A stretch of DNA of 64,000 bases from Paraspadella gotoi. Lineage: Eukaryota; Animalia; Chaetognatha. The stretch's first letter is position 1; each line of letters begins with the position of its first letter. The DNA lies in contig CM119263.1 of NCBI GenBank assembly GCA_051294375.1, positions 17,218,171 through 17,282,170 of the forward strand, written 5' to 3'. A program made the position numbers and the translations under genes. The notes below the pieces were generated by a model. That model was not told where the DNA came from. It worked only from the letters and a program-made list of their open reading frames with translations, and did no database searches. Shown piece by piece: positions 62,888 through 64,000 of this stretch.

Positions 62888-64000
62888 TCTTTCCCTACGC
62901 TACTTTTACAACAATCGATGGAAAAAAGTGCTAATATCCGCTAATCTATAGTTTATCAACATGTGTGAGCAAAACAATTAGTTATTTTTTGCTTAAAAAC
63001 GAATTTTTTTTTATGCACTGCGTCACTCTAAGACTGCTCAAAGTTTAAAGTTTGCGAACCAAGCGATTTATTTTAAAAAGCAATCGAGTCAGGGGGCAAC
63101 ATGAGTTAAATTCTTTATCAAATTTTTACTTAATCAGTTTATTGTAACTTTTTAAAATTAGTACAGTACCGGAAACCTAGAATGTCGTAAGTCTGTACAT
63201 GGAATAACTTTTCCATTTATAGGATAAATGGCTTTAGGATTTTATAGGAAGTTGTCTGGATGTCTGGCTATTTTTTAAATAAATAATCCTCCCTAAATTC
63301 GAAACGCAACGAAATCGAAAGTCTATACACAATAAATAATCCTAAACCACTTAAAAATTGAGTAATTTTTTTTTTAAAAACTTGCATAACTCTATTATAT
63401 TTTGAAATAGGTTGTTCTGCAAATTTTTTTAATAAAGAAAAAAATATTTTTAATGAAGAAAAAAAATTTTGTGGAACAGTCTATTTGAAAGGGTTGATTG
63501 ACTGACTTAATGATTGAATTTTTTGGGTTTATTTACTGCCTCCATTACCCAAGACATAAAAGGTCATGATTATCAAGTCACGATGTCCAGATTATCTGTA
63601 CCTTTCATGCTACCGGCATTTCGAATTTTCTTTTTTTCCCTTTCAAATGTATCAAATAAAAAAAATTATTTGAAAGAACGATGCTATTGGTAAGCCTTAG
63701 TTACCCCTGTTCCAGATCAAATTTTAAAACGAGTTTTTTTTTCTATTTGAAACATAACACCAACTATTGGTACTATAAATTTCTTGTTTCTCAAATTCTA
63801 TTTTGCGTAATCAGAGAAACATTTAGCGTACTCTAAAAACTTGGTAAAAAAAAGTAAAATGTTCTGCCAAATTTAAAAATCGATTGAGGAATCTACTATA
63901 ATATTTCTTTTATTCCCTGGACATGTCACTACCACAAAATATGAACAATTCTTGACCTAATTGCCAAGTATTGAAACAAAACTATCATAGTCGCATTTTT

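Overview
Eukaryotic, intron-rich and most likely invertebrate metazoan DNA: GC-rich exons, AT-rich introns, many (GA)n/(CT)n tracts and TTAGGG-like repeats. The assembly has homopolymer indel errors and one N gap. Reading spliced exons by hand gives, from left to right: (1) a minus-strand 5-Ig transmembrane adhesion gene (Kirre/NEPH/SYG-1-like), whose 5' end lies in a ~4.6 kb near-identical tandem duplication; (2) a small unknown gene; (3) a complete 27 kb CFAP47 gene; (4) LRRC72; (5) a cluster of six tRNA genes, plus two intronic tRNA genes elsewhere; (6) the 3' half of a polypeptide GalNAc-transferase (GALNT). The longer introns are packed with passengers: a multi-exon antisense gene, a spliced same-strand nested gene, an intron-containing piggyBac-like Cys-rich remnant, a MIF4G-like ORF, tRNAs, foldbacks and a young 749 bp TRIM-type mini LTR element with hairpin-rich LTRs. 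Intronic microsatellites are strongly polarised, purine after donors and pyrimidine before acceptors. All calls are by eye; no database search or folding was run.
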